Shown here piece by piece: positions 37,071 through 50,269 of a stretch of DNA of 64,000 nucleotides. The stretch lies in contig JAQGDQ010000168.1 in NCBI GenBank assembly GCA_030141605.1, positions 186,001 through 250,000 of the forward strand, in the 5' to 3' direction. Both the position numbers and the translations under genes were made by a program. The stretch's first letter is position 1, and every line of letters begins with the position of its first letter. The stretch is from Tubiluchus corallicola (lineage: Eukaryota > Animalia > Priapulida). The notes beneath the pieces were generated by a model. It saw nothing but the letters and a program-made list of their open reading frames with translations. It was not told where the DNA came from and searched no databases.

Positions 37071-40000
37071 CTAGCCTTGGTACCTGCTTGGGCGCTGTAA
37101 TTCGGTGTATGATGGCAAATCACTCAACGTAGCTGGACCTTGGTAATGCGGATTTGGAATTTCGAGTCGTGGTGTTTTCTGGGAATATGGTCTTCTGTAT
37201 CTATAAGATTCTTCACTGTAGATGTTGGGCGTCCTTGGTTGAGGATCGTAACTGGTGCTTGAAATTGGATAACCAGTAGGCGGCTCTGGTTCGCGTCCTT
37301 GGTAATCATGGTTTTTCGTTTCCGCATGATCTTCTCTACTAAACAGCTCAAAGTTATCCGGATCTTCCCGGTATCCATAGCGTTTCCTTGGGGTGTCGTA
37401 AGACGGCGCAGCATCCGGTGGTGCTTGGTAATCTTCACTGGTGGCGTCATCTAATTTTGCTTCTTCTCTCTTTTCCAACTTGTTGTACATTTGCAAGATC
37501 TCAAGTAGCCTACCAAGCGGAATATCTGATTCTTCTGATTCATTGACTTCCGGTTCTTTGGACTTTTGAGATGGCTACAAAATAGTGATCGTTAATAAAT
37601 AATAAATCTTGTTAACAAAAAAATTAAAAGAAATAAAAAACACTTTTCGAAGAACAGATGGCAAAATAAATGCAGTGCAATGCTAGTTTTAGTGACGTCG
37701 TTCTACGCTATTTTCGATTAACAGTCTGGCGCCATCTGTATTCAGCTAGCGTTATTATATTAAACGCCAAAGCTATTATAACGAATCATAATTTTTGACA
37801 TTTTGCACTAACAATTACAAGAAAGATCCTGCAAAACTTACGGCTTTTGGATCGCCTCCCACTTTCTTTTCCTTGCTCGCCTTGTAATATTTGATGCTGG
37901 CCGTTTTCAGGTGGCATGTTATCGACTTCAAAAACAATTCTAACGCCTCCACCATTTGATGTTCATGTATTGGAATTCTAAACAGATGAGAAATAAATCA
38001 TGACACATGTTTTAAAGACGAAGTTGTGCGCGAATTGTGCTCATAAATCTAGAAATTTAATTTTATGTAAATTGCATTGATGAATTTATTACTCAATAAA
38101 TTATTTTCATTGGCATCTTTATTTTTTACTAATTGCACATATACAGCCAACCAGTTTTTAAGCTCAATGTGTTTTACTTGCTTAACTAGTTACTTATTTA
38201 TGTACTTGCTTTTTTGCTTGCTTTACCAATTTCTTACTACTTATTTACTTACACGCTTGGTTACTTTACGAGTTCACTTACTTACTGACTGACTGGCTAT
38301 TTACTGATTGAGTGACTGACTGACTGGCTTATTTATTTGTCTGCCTACTTTTCTTACTAACTCCGTGGCACCGTCCGCTTTACGTTTGTTGTAGAGGTTG
38401 AAAACTTAATCCTGTTTGCAATAAAAAAAGACTCCCCTAAGCACAACGTAATTTGTATTTGGTCTTTTGGCGCGTATTGTGTATATCGTAAAATCAATGC
38501 GTACTGGAAATGTTTTCGTATATTGCGAGGAAGGTTTTACGCAGAAATGATTCCCGGTCACATAAATTACACTAGTAATAATGATGCTTAATACCTGGAT
38601 ACTAGTAATTAACTTTCCTATAACATGTGTAAGGGATCAGCAAGCAAAAGCACCATCTATTTTTGTCGCATCTTATGTTCTTATAACGCTCAGCAAGTGT
38701 TCATTGAGTAATGGTATAATGATTAATCATTAAATTTAATAACTATAAATGTAAACGCTGAAGCAAATTGTAAACGCTGGAGTCTGAAACACTGTTGTTT
38801 TGATCAACCTGTTCTTTTTGTTTGCAAGTTCCTCAGCCAGTAATCAATTAGTTAGACATTTCATATTTGCTTGGAATGACACGTCGCAGAAAAGGTTTTT
38901 GAAGCTCGCGTGCTTTTCGATTTACAGTAACTTGCACCAATGTTTTAACGAAAAAATTTCTTGAAATGTAAAACATCATTTTGTTTTGCACAAGTAATTC
39001 TCCAATGTGATCAGGGTCCGCCCTGTCACCTCGTGGGAAAGAAATAGAAGTTATCATTCTCATGTAATTTTCTCAACTAATTGCATTAGTTGTAGTTTAT
39101 GCTATCACGGTCCATCGCTTAATTTGTATAAACAAAAAGCGATTGTGAGAACGCATTCATAGCCACAAATGACGCACTGTTTCCACACCCATAAAATAGG
39201 CCATCACATACAAACCCGTATAACCTTGTTCCAATTGCCAGGTTTGGCAGCTACTTACGTGAAACTAAATAATCTCTAATAATGAAAACAAATCAATTTA
39301 AAACGAGCACTTATGAAGATGGGTACACAGTCTGTATTTGCTAACACCTCCCACGGTGCTAGTCCGATAGAAGCTGGACAAAGGAAAGATAATAACTATG
39401 TGTTTTTTTTAAAAAGCAATTCAGCAAGAAATGTTGGTTATTAGTAAGCAGTAAGTGTAGCAGCACAATGCATAATTTTCAAAGGTCCTTGAATAACTAC
39501 TCGGCTCTTAGAATAACGGCATTTTGATGTCACGAACCAGTGGGATAAAACTAAGATCAATACCTGCCACGTAATAACGAAGGTGACAAATAACTTTCAC
39601 TTTATAAAAACTCGACTCAACAATAACAGAAACAATGACCAGTAACAATCATTGAGACAATAACAGTTGCTGCAGCAGATAATGACAAGCACAAAGACAA
39701 ATGCGGTACAATAGAATAGATGACTGCACCAAACAAACAGGGACAATTATAGGTCAGTGCCGGATAAGGGGGGGGAGCAAGGGGCCCGGGCCCTGGGCCA
39801 CCCACCAATATAGACTGTGATAATATGTATATACTGTATATAGGCGTTACCATTTTAAAGAAAGAACTCATACAAGAATTGGACTTCAATGACATCATCA
39901 ATGACTTTGCTACACCAAAATCGAGAAAAATGTCTGGACGTAATGGTTGGAACTCCATTCATTTTTTGATTTGAACTGTATTTACTTGTTAGTTATACTA

Positions 40001-43000
40001 TACTTTTTCGTGAAACATTAAATAATTTAAACTGAATTTCTCTGTGTAAAAAATCGGTAAGAACAACTTGTGTTCATTTCATTTCGTGTTCATGCAGTAC
40101 ATATACCATTGGAAGAATAGTCTGTGGTGTATGCAGTAGGGGAGTTGGAAAAGGGGCCTCCCTTCCAAGCGCGTCCCAGACCTCCCACGTGCTTAATCCA
40201 GCCCTGTTAGGCGCTACAACAGAGAGGACCAAGTATAGAGACAATAAATACTGGGACGAACTGTGACCAGCTTAGAGACAGAAAGTGTTGTAACAGTTAG
40301 TGAAAAGCAATGTTACAACACTTACTGTCTCTGTGCTTGTTGCTATCCGTTGCAATATTTATTTTCTCTATGGTCGTTACTTTCTGCTGCAGCACCTATA
40401 ATTGTCTCTGTTTTTGTCACTATCCATTACAGCACTAATCTTGTCTCTGTGTTTGGTAACATCATCTATTATAGACAATAAAGAAGTATGTACTGCAACA
40501 AGTAGCATCAAGCGTCGGTATAGTAAGTGCTGTAACATATAGTGATAAACCCAAAGATAGTAGTGCTGTAACACACAATAACAAGTGCTGCAACAGACAC
40601 TCAAAGGGCCAAGCAGAAGGAGTCAGACAGTAAGTGCTGTAGCAGGTAGTCACAAATATCAAATAGTAGGTACTATAACAGATAGTGACATGGGGAGTAA
40701 CTGAATAGCCATGGTCTAAGCTTAGGGCTGTGCTAGGTAAGCAGCAGCAAACCTAGCTGGTAAATGCATGGTGGATTGCTGGAAAAACTGCTTTTCCAGG
40801 GCTATTTACCTCGTTGAGGCCTCATTCGAGTATAGTTACAACACCGCTGCTGGCACAGCCATGTAAGAGAAATGTTTCTGGCAATGAGATCGCTTTCTGT
40901 CCTCCGACAACCATTTACCAGCGCCGAGCGGTGTAGTTGAGTGGGAAAAAGTGGCAACATTAACAACAACAATAACACTATCAAATATGACGGAAATTAT
41001 AAAAAAAGTGCAAATAATTATTTTAACACTGAAAACACCAGTAGTACTGACAATTATGGCAAGGGAAATGGCAATTAACTAGCATAAAGAGGTATATTTT
41101 AGTTAGTGACAAAACTATACAGTGTACACGTCACTTCCATGTGGAAAAGAAGCTATTTTTTAAAACGTTTTTGAAACGGAGCCATTAATTGACCTATTAA
41201 AAATTTACCTATAATTGAAGAGAATTGAATGTACATGGGACTGCATTGAACGGCTAAACAAAGGAAAGCGTGTCTACAACTTTCCACAACAACAACTTAG
41301 TCATATCGAGTAATGGTAGCACAATAATAGCAGTAAAACGCAAGCATGTTGATCGCTTTCTGTAAGAGATCCTGTTCTACAACCGACTTATTAAATTTAA
41401 CCTCTTTTGTTGTACAGATGAGTAGCTAAGCACTTTTCCACAACAATAACCTGACAGAAGATAATGGCATTTAGTTAAGTCAGGTTGCATTCAGATTTGC
41501 GAATATAAACATGCAGAAAAGAAGCTTGTTAGCTAAAAATTGCTGTACCCAGCAACCTACATTTTAAAAACAAAGCTCCATACGGCCAAGTTTCTGTGTC
41601 CAGCGCAGCTTTTCTATTGGTTGTACAGAGAACTCATATGACAATAACGATGTTGTTGTTTACGCTGACCCGTGTTAAGGAGATTAAATTGTGTACAAGT
41701 AGTTGTTTGGGATTAACTTAGATTAACAAATTGGGTATTGTTAAGCTGTACGTGTTAGTAACTGTATTACACAGTCAGAAACAAATTGAAACACGTTGTT
41801 TTCTCGAGAGCCTTGTGCCTCAGTTAGATACTAAGTTGTATAACTTGTATTTGTTTATTACATTTATCCTAACACAATTATAGCTTTATATTTTAACTTT
41901 CAGTGTCTTATAAACTGTACTTCGAAGAGCCTCAAATGTAACTAATGTTGCAGTGACATCGCAACAGACTAGTGAAACATTTGTGACCAACTACACTTTT
42001 TCCAAAACACAGCCAAAAATAGAGCTATTCTACAGAATATATGATTATACAGAACAGTAAAAAACGAAAAAGCATTCACAACAACAATACAAGTTCGACG
42101 AAAATTTCAACCAGCTGCCTTTTGTACCCTTCTGGAACCTTAAATCTGTTCGCCAAAATTGTCCAAGTAAACTTTCAGTCAGTGAAACACGTTATTTCAT
42201 CGGTCTTCCTGCACATCATACAAACTATCTGTCGCTAATTAGTTAATTAATTAGTACTTGTGCTTATTTAAATACGATTATTAACGAATTTTAACGACGA
42301 ATATCAAATGACACACAAGATTAGAAAAATACGTGTGCAAGAAAATAATTGAAAACCAACAAGGAAACTGTCAATGAGAATACATGTGACACAAGATTTT
42401 CGATTACCTGACAGTTGCTACAGGAGAGTTATTAAACAGTTTGCGTTAATTATTGTCCATTTGACATGTTGAAATTACACTGCATTGTGAGACACGAAGA
42501 CCTTCGCCTCTCCCATGACACGTCGAAACGCAATTGCGAATTTCTTACTTATATCCATAGGAAAAGCACCAGTATTATCATCGCCAAGTAACACAACATT
42601 TTTTAATAAATGGCAGTTAAAATGCATGCTTCATCTTGTATCTATCCAAGAGTCGTTGTTAAAGATAATCATAGATAATTTGATTTACAGCGATCCAAGG
42701 TTCAATCTAGATTCAAGAATTAAGTTGGTTCCTAGCCTAATTAGCTTGCTCAACTCTTTGGTTATTTGCCTAATTGCCTATTCACCTATCTACCATCAAC
42801 AATGTCGTCAACTAATCAACACTCAAATAAATAACCAACTTATCTAAAAACTGATAAAATGATCGATTTTTGTATCGATAACTTACTGATATTTTGTAGA
42901 ATGATAACCTGATATATGAGCGGTTTTTTTCATATGTACAGAAGTTTAGCAATGTGTTTCTTTTTTACCTATATACTTACATAAATAAAAAAGTTATGTC

Positions 43001-45062
43001 ACTGTCATCATTCTTACTATTTTTGTCATTAAAGATTTATCTGTCTTTTCTGCCTACAGGTACTTACTGACCTATTGAGCTACATAATTACCTACTTTCC
43101 TAAACAGCTTACTTACTACATATCCAGCAACTACCTACCTAGCTACCTAGCTACCAGCCTACCTATCTACCTACCTATCAACCTACCTATTTACCTACCT
43201 ACCACCTGCCTAGCAAGCTACCTGTACAGAACGTGCTTTCTATTTATTAATCTACTTTCCTGCTTACTTAATCATGTACTCGTGTAACCATGCGAGTTGT
43301 ACATACGCTGGTATCTCTTATAATTGCCTGTCTACTTACTGAACCTACTCACCTATCTAGTTGTGCATCTACCCACAGCTTACACGTACAGCTAGTTAAT
43401 TAATGCTTACGCACCTATCAACTTACCAATCAAACACTAAACCACACGTATAGCCACATCATTAATCGATCAGTCAACTGAACCATCGGATGTCTGGCCC
43501 ACTAAAACAATTGACCAACTAGCTAATTATGCCATTCCGTCAACTAACCAATCTGCCTGCCAACTAGTTTGTCAGTCATCCAGCTTATAACCACCCAAAC
43601 AAACAGTTAATCTGTCTAAAAACTGATAAAAACTGATTTTGCAAAGATTACTTACTGATATTTTGTAGAAGGACTACTTGATATATGAGTGGTTTTTTTC
43701 GTATGAACAGGAGTTTTAGCAGTGTTTTCCTTTTTATCTTACAGCTGTGACTGAACAAATTGCTGATTTCATGCACTCTTTTAACTCTATATAATTGTGT
43801 CTGTTTTTTTTGCTGTATTAGCTCTGTTATTTGCAGATTAGCAATTCAGAATTTCAGCCATACTTTTCTACATAGTCAAACACTTCATTTGACATTTCAA
43901 AAATGGGTTATAAAAGCTATCAAAGACGCGAGATATTACGCTGTAATAATGACCCACTTACTGACAAAACTTTGATATGGATTAGAGCTGTATTAGCGAA
44001 ATTTGCAGACACTAATCGCCAATAATCGCCCACATGATGGTAATTCTGAAAAAAGTTGGCAGATGATTTTTTGTCAGAGATATATAGTTAGGGCGAATCA
44101 CTGTAACCTTGTCTGCATCTCTAAATCCTGATTAATAAGATTAAGCGATTATATCGATAAATGCACAACTTCATAAAGTTCAAGTGTGCATATCTGGGAC
44201 GTATCTGATATTATGATATGTCCCAAAAGCTGCAAAATTTTAAGCACCTGACGCGTATTTTCGATGTAACATCGCGCACCAGGTATTTAAAACATGTCCG
44301 GAAAGTAGCAAAACTGTTTAAAAACCATTCTACCTATCGAACATTTCAGACATTTTAAGTATGCGTATGTAAGGTATATCAGACATTTTAAATATAACGC
44401 GTCTGGATCGTATGGCGCATTTAAAAGCATACATGTCTGCATACAGTTATAATCCTAAAGTAATCCAGGAATAACGAGTTTTGATACAGGTACACTAATT
44501 TAGGGACTTATTTACAAACCTCCATAACTTTGAGTATGGCACTGCATGCTTTGTTAGTAGTACTTGTGTAATAATTCCAGCGTGCTCTTTATTAAGTCTC
44601 GTCTACATGGATAAATTTTTACACTATCAAAGAAATTTAATTTTCTGGCACACGACATTATCATTAGACAGGTGTTCTTATCATGGGTATCATTGTCTGA
44701 AAACCCTCTCTTTGACGCACTTTAACTTAGTTAAATTTTTAATTAATTAACGTGCTTGCAGTGTTACATCCATCCAAGCAATGCATGGAATATATGCTTT
44801 CTGTCTTCACGCAGCATTACATTTGCTCACTCATGTGCCCTTTAACTCGATACAATTTATTAAAAACTCACAGCTCATAATATTTCCTCGTCCGCTTGTC
44901 GCCATATAAAGGGTGCCGACCTGTCGCACGTAGGTCCTTTACAGGCGTGGCAACTTGCGCGTGGCCTAGTGAAGCAGCCGGACTGGAAGGAGAGTAACTT
45001 TTTGGCTTGTATGATGATATCCTTGTATAGGGAGCCCTATGTCTGTAACCAGAGTCTGGCAA
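37071..45062 (-). CDS. 3' part of a multi-exon orphan gene with Tyr/Pro/Ser/Arg-rich low-complexity regions
   Basis: Phase-compatible exons: 44872-45062 (LPDSGYRHRAPYTR...YGDKRTRKYYEL), optional 39311-39373 (FYRTSTVGGVSKYRLCTHLHK; weak donor), 37842-37977 (IPIHEHQMVEALELFLKSITCHLKTASIKYYKASKEKKVGGDPKA) and terminal 37071-37574 (PSQKSKEPEV...PSRYQG*). The last two exons are strong. No family was recognised. Confidence 0.7.
39755..40206 (+). mobile_element. Non-autonomous hAT-superfamily DNA transposon (internal deletion derivative)
   Basis: Terminal inverted repeats CAGTGCCGGATAAG and CTTAATCCAGCCCTG with GC-rich subterminal regions. An internal remnant at ~39855-39935 translates to KKELIQELDFNDIINDFATPKSRK, typical of the extreme C-terminus of hAT (Tip100/ZMYM-like) transposases. 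The target-site duplication is degenerate. Confidence 0.75.
42841..43740 (+). repeat. ~130-bp direct repeats flanking degenerate tetranucleotide repeats
   Basis: tctaaaaactgataaaa..acttactgatattttgtagaa..gatatatgag(c/t)ggtttttt..ttagca..gtgt occurs at ~42843-42970 and ~43615-43740; the interior contains (CTAC)n-like tracts. Confidence 0.7.
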
Positions 45063-45152
45063 CTGAAATAAAAAGCAAATATGTTTTAAAGGACAACAAT
45101 CAATAACAAGCTCAGTAGGGTATAATTACTTAATTATTTACTTAATTGGTTA

Positions 45153-45632
<480 letters not shown>

Positions 45633-46350
45633 TCAAACGATTGCGGCAATAGTGGAGATCTTCTCTATACAATGTTAACATTGTTCTTTCTCACTGTATA
45701 ATACCAATTTCTCCTCTCTCCCTCTTTATGTAATAGAAAAATTCCACCAATTTTTCCATCACTTTCTCTTAGCAAACGTTTGAAACAATACCCCTTTTGT
45801 TTTACAATGCGCCCGTCAATTATGTCTAATGCTCCATTGAACTGTTTTAGTGTTTTGATCCCCGAATTATGTAGAACACGACCGTTTCTGTACCATCGTT
45901 GTTATTTCAGCATGCTTAATAAATTACGCTCCACGATCATCATCACACGAAGTTTTTTGAAAGTCTAATTATAAAAGATAATTTTCTTTACATGTTAAAT
46001 AAATAGATTAGGGCTTTACGGTGGCGGTGAAGAGGCAAAAGGAATTCGACTCGGAAGTAGCGCCTGTATGTATGCATATAATAGCTTTGCGCTATAATAA
46101 TAATAATAATAATAGCAAACGATAATACAGTTCCAGACGAGCAGAGCTGTTTTATGCAAAGTGCTAACTTTCACTTGTATAAAGGCAGTAAAGTAGGCTA
46201 TGTCATATCATTATTGACTATACTGGTCTAAATTACTTTCCTGGCCTAAATTATGGCTAATGTAATCTGTTAACAGCTATTCACTTGTAGACTATTTGTT
46301 TGTTGTTTGTTTTATCAGCTTTGATGTGTGAAACTACAATTGTATGCTGT

Positions 46351-47588
46351 TAGTTTAGGAGCAGGGAGTCTCCAGTCATAATGCCACACTCAAAAAAGTT
46401 TGAATATTTGAATTATAGTAATGAATAAACTCATATAGGAATGAGACGTCTTAAGTTTGGCAATCTTGGTGCCAAGTCGCGAAGTAGCCCTTAAAGCGCC
46501 TTTTATTGAACATTGATGTACACCAATTTTTTTCAAAAGTTTAATTAACTCAGTTGAAAACTTATGCCACCTAGAACGAAATAACCGGTCATTAATTGAG
46601 TCGCGAATTAAATAAGGGTCTAATTAGGTAACTAAATTTTTGCATAGAAGGAAATTCTCAATTACGTGGAAGCATTTGATCAGCAGTGAGCCGTTTCCAA
46701 CGACACAAGATTTTCACTAGTGCTTCAGTCCTTAGGCCTATTTTATTTAAAAACTGGTGTACAATATGTTTTTCTCCATAAATACAATCAAACTACACCT
46801 GATGAGAACGCAATACAATTAAAAAAGCCCGGGATTACTAATTAAGATGCGACCTAGTTAACGGCTTAATTACCTTTTAATTAAATTTTTGATTAGGTGC
46901 AGCGATTTTCGCAACTTAAGATGAATATTTCGCTGGGGTTTGATGCCCCCTTCAAAAACGTTTGAGTTTTGCTGACAAGAGCTAACAGACAGAAACTAAA
47001 CTGGACTGTTTTTACTCAGTATCTTATCTTTGCGTACGAAATAAGTACGAAAAATATCTAATCTATCTAATCTAAGTAATTCTTATACTTCATAAAGTGG
47101 TTGAGATATGCGTGCCCAATTCAATAACTGGACAACGAAAATAATAAACTATACGTTTATCGACGTTAGAGAATTCCGCCATGACGTCAATTTTACTATT
47201 ACTCCAACGTAGACATCTTTGCAGTTATTAAAAAACCGCAAATTTATTATGATCAAGGGCTTCTAGTAGGAAAATAAAATGCATCTAATTCGCATAAGGT
47301 CGGCATAAGAATAGTGACAGGTTACTACAGCATAATTTTGTCCCTTCTAGTATTTCCATATTAGCCTTTAATTAGATTAGTGGCATTAAGTTTTCGTCTG
47401 TGTTATTTGGAATAAACTTATGGAGAAACCGATGTTAATGTTTAATAAAAACGCTTTAAAGGATCACTTTCAGTACCCTTCGTGACTTAGCCTCGGCAAA
47501 ACTCAAGACGTCTTATTTCTATATGCGTGGGTTCATTGCTAAAAAGTCAAACTTTTTGCATACGGCATTACGACTGATTCCTAAACTA
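46351..47588. mobile_element. Foldback/MITE-like element with ~170-bp imperfect terminal inverted repeats
   Basis: The left arm (tagtttagga..cagtcataatgcc..aaaaagtttga..catataggaatgagacgtcttaagttt..gccaagtcgcgaag..ttaaagcgccttttattgaacatt) aligns co-linearly with the reverse complement of ~47430-47588. Confidence 0.75.
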
Positions 47589-50269
47589 CAGTTTTGTAGT
47601 AGAAAGCGTCGAGTAAAGAATTGGTATTTATGCAAAAAGTTCCTCTGTTTGTTTTTGTTTTTGCTGATATTAATCTAAATGAAAAGTGATCATTTTTGGG
47701 ACGTAGGCTTATTTAACAATTTACAATTTGCACAAATGTGAAAGTTTTTGGGTTAGCTAGAGGTATAGGGTTTTGCGCGTTTGATGCTGCTTAGTTACTA
47801 GGATTTGCTAGAGATTTCTGCATTTAACAAAATTTCAATCATATAAGACTGATTAATCTTTGAAGTGCGACAACGCCTTTAAGTGAAATGAGCGTTCATA
47901 TTTGTAAACGTAGGTTCACATTTCAATGATTTCAGGCGAAAAATAGAAAAGAAATATCAATGATTTTTTCCGAAAGTCGCTCATAACGGGACAATTGCAC
48001 TTTATCATTTGGGATAAGCAGAAAAACGACGAAAAGCAATCCATTATCTGAGCACGCTGAGCACAATCTGGAGAGCTACACCATCAGACAAAAGCAAAGG
48101 GTTCCACAGAAAAGCAGCCCGGTGGAACAGCTCTCTGCCTAGAATACATCCACTCGTACATAGGCAAGCCTAGTAAATCTCCTGAGGGCGCTAAAGCAAC
48201 TTCTGTGGGCAATAAGCTTATTGATTTGAAAGAGCTTAACCTAATGTCTGCAAACATACGTAAAGGACATCGGCCGGACGATTCCAAGCATTTCACGTAC
48301 TTAACGTCATGTTAAGTTTCGGCAGTAGGTATACGTCATATCTGACCCTAAATCGATTTAAAAACTTACAGGGTTACTCTTGTAAGGTACAGAATGCCAC
48401 AGGTTTTCCTGCTTTTAAAAAGTGAGATAATCAGTAGCTGTTGACGTCATATTAACCGGCCTCTTTAACCGCTTCTTAATTTGTTTAGGCCTATCCAAAC
48501 AAGTTAATTCTTTAGGCCAGTTAAAACACATAGCGTCACGTCCTTTGCAAAGCTGTAGTGACGTCACTAAATGCTGTAAGTTTGGGTTTTATAGGGCTGC
48601 GATTTTTCTGTGACGACCGAAAGTCCAACAATTGCCAAAATATTTTCGTGACTGTGTTTTGTTGCTCGAATGGCGAACACTCGCAAACGTTTTGCGATGA
48701 ATTTGAGAACTTCCGGAACCCGTTTAAGGCTTTTGAACTTAGAAGTTTTCGGATTGTCCGAAATCGTGAACGCCACGAAACCCTGGCTTTAATAATATGA
48801 CTCGCCCACCAGTATGAAGAATCGCCATTTTAATCAATTTTAAATGATTTATAACATTAGAGTAAATTTACAGTACTATTACAATACCTTTGGATAGCAA
48901 TAAGAAAATTCGCTTTAAATGTAATAGGTTGTTTTTATGTAAAATACAGAAAATGCTGAATTGGCCTGTGATAAACAAAATCACCTGCCGCTACCCTTGA
49001 GCGTAAAAAGAACGCAAGGTGTTGAACGTTTTTTTAATTTTAGATGCTGATGCAAAATTTGCAAGAAGACAACGCGCAAATGCAACTAATATAAACAAAA
49101 GATTTTGAAGCAGCAATAAATATAAATATTTGACGAAATTAACCATGTGTTATACCGTACAGCTAAATTAAGTATTTAAAATAATATATGAATTACTGTT
49201 TTGCACTGTTCCGTTTGCACCCATAATTATGCTTGTGTAGGCTTACTAATAAGTAAAAGCCAGAGTCTATTGTTCTATTGTTCCTGCCAGACTTCCAATT
49301 CGTTATTTGCTTTGATAATATAATTTGGGAATCTCAGCTACCTGTCAGACATATTTATTCAAAGTGCGATGGGTATAACGCAAGAAACAAATAATTTCTG
49401 TGATTAAAAAAGGAAATGCGTCGTTCAAGTGCTTGGCTATATACTAGATCTAAAGAATTCTGAAAGTGTGTTAATTTCTGTAATCAATAAAATTATATTA
49501 ATTGAGGATTAGTTCAGATTAGTGATAATGACGTGAGTTCGAGGCAGTTAGTCTCATTTTATTCGTCTTTGATAAAACCACTGTTAACTTTTGATAAATA
49601 TGCCTAATTTAGTATTTATTTGTGTATTTATTTAATAATTTGTTAATTTATTTGTTTATTTATTTATCTTTTAAATTATTATTTATTATTAATTTTCCTT
49701 ATTATTTTTAAAAGTACTTATCTGTTATTTTATCAATTAACTAGCAGAAAAAATTATTACTATATAAACATCATGTTGATAAATGAAATAAATGAGCAAA
49801 ATTTGAGATCTGTCTGATATACCGTTTATAGATTTGACAAATATGATATACTCACTGCAAATGCACATGCCAGACTGAGGGAGAGCACTATTAACATCCT
49901 CATGTTATTTCCTGAAACACACAAAACACGCAGTAATGGCTGCTATCCAAAGAATAACACAGATAAACTAGATTCAAACACTACACAATCACCACGCTTG
50001 TTCTAAACTTGCAAAACAGTGGCAAACTACACAGTTTTTGGGCCAATTGTAATCTTAACGTTTAATGCGTCATACCACTAAAAACGTGAGTGTGTCAGTA
50101 ATCCGCCGTTTCTTAACTACGCCGATGTACCGGCGCTTGCAGAATGGGGTTTCAACCAATACTGGCACTCTACTACACCTAACAATATTACACAAGAAAG
50201 TGAAACCAGTTTCGGCAATATCCTTTTATACACTCGACTATGACGTAAGCGGCATCTAGTGTTGCACAC

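Noticed and set aside
38848-39063. 71-aa minus-strand ORF as an exon of the orphan gene
   Set aside because: Atypical GAG acceptor and no phase-compatible donor found.
48084-48296. GC-richer segment open on both strands
   Set aside because: No recognisable motif or consistent splice pair, and it is adjacent to repeat-like sequence.
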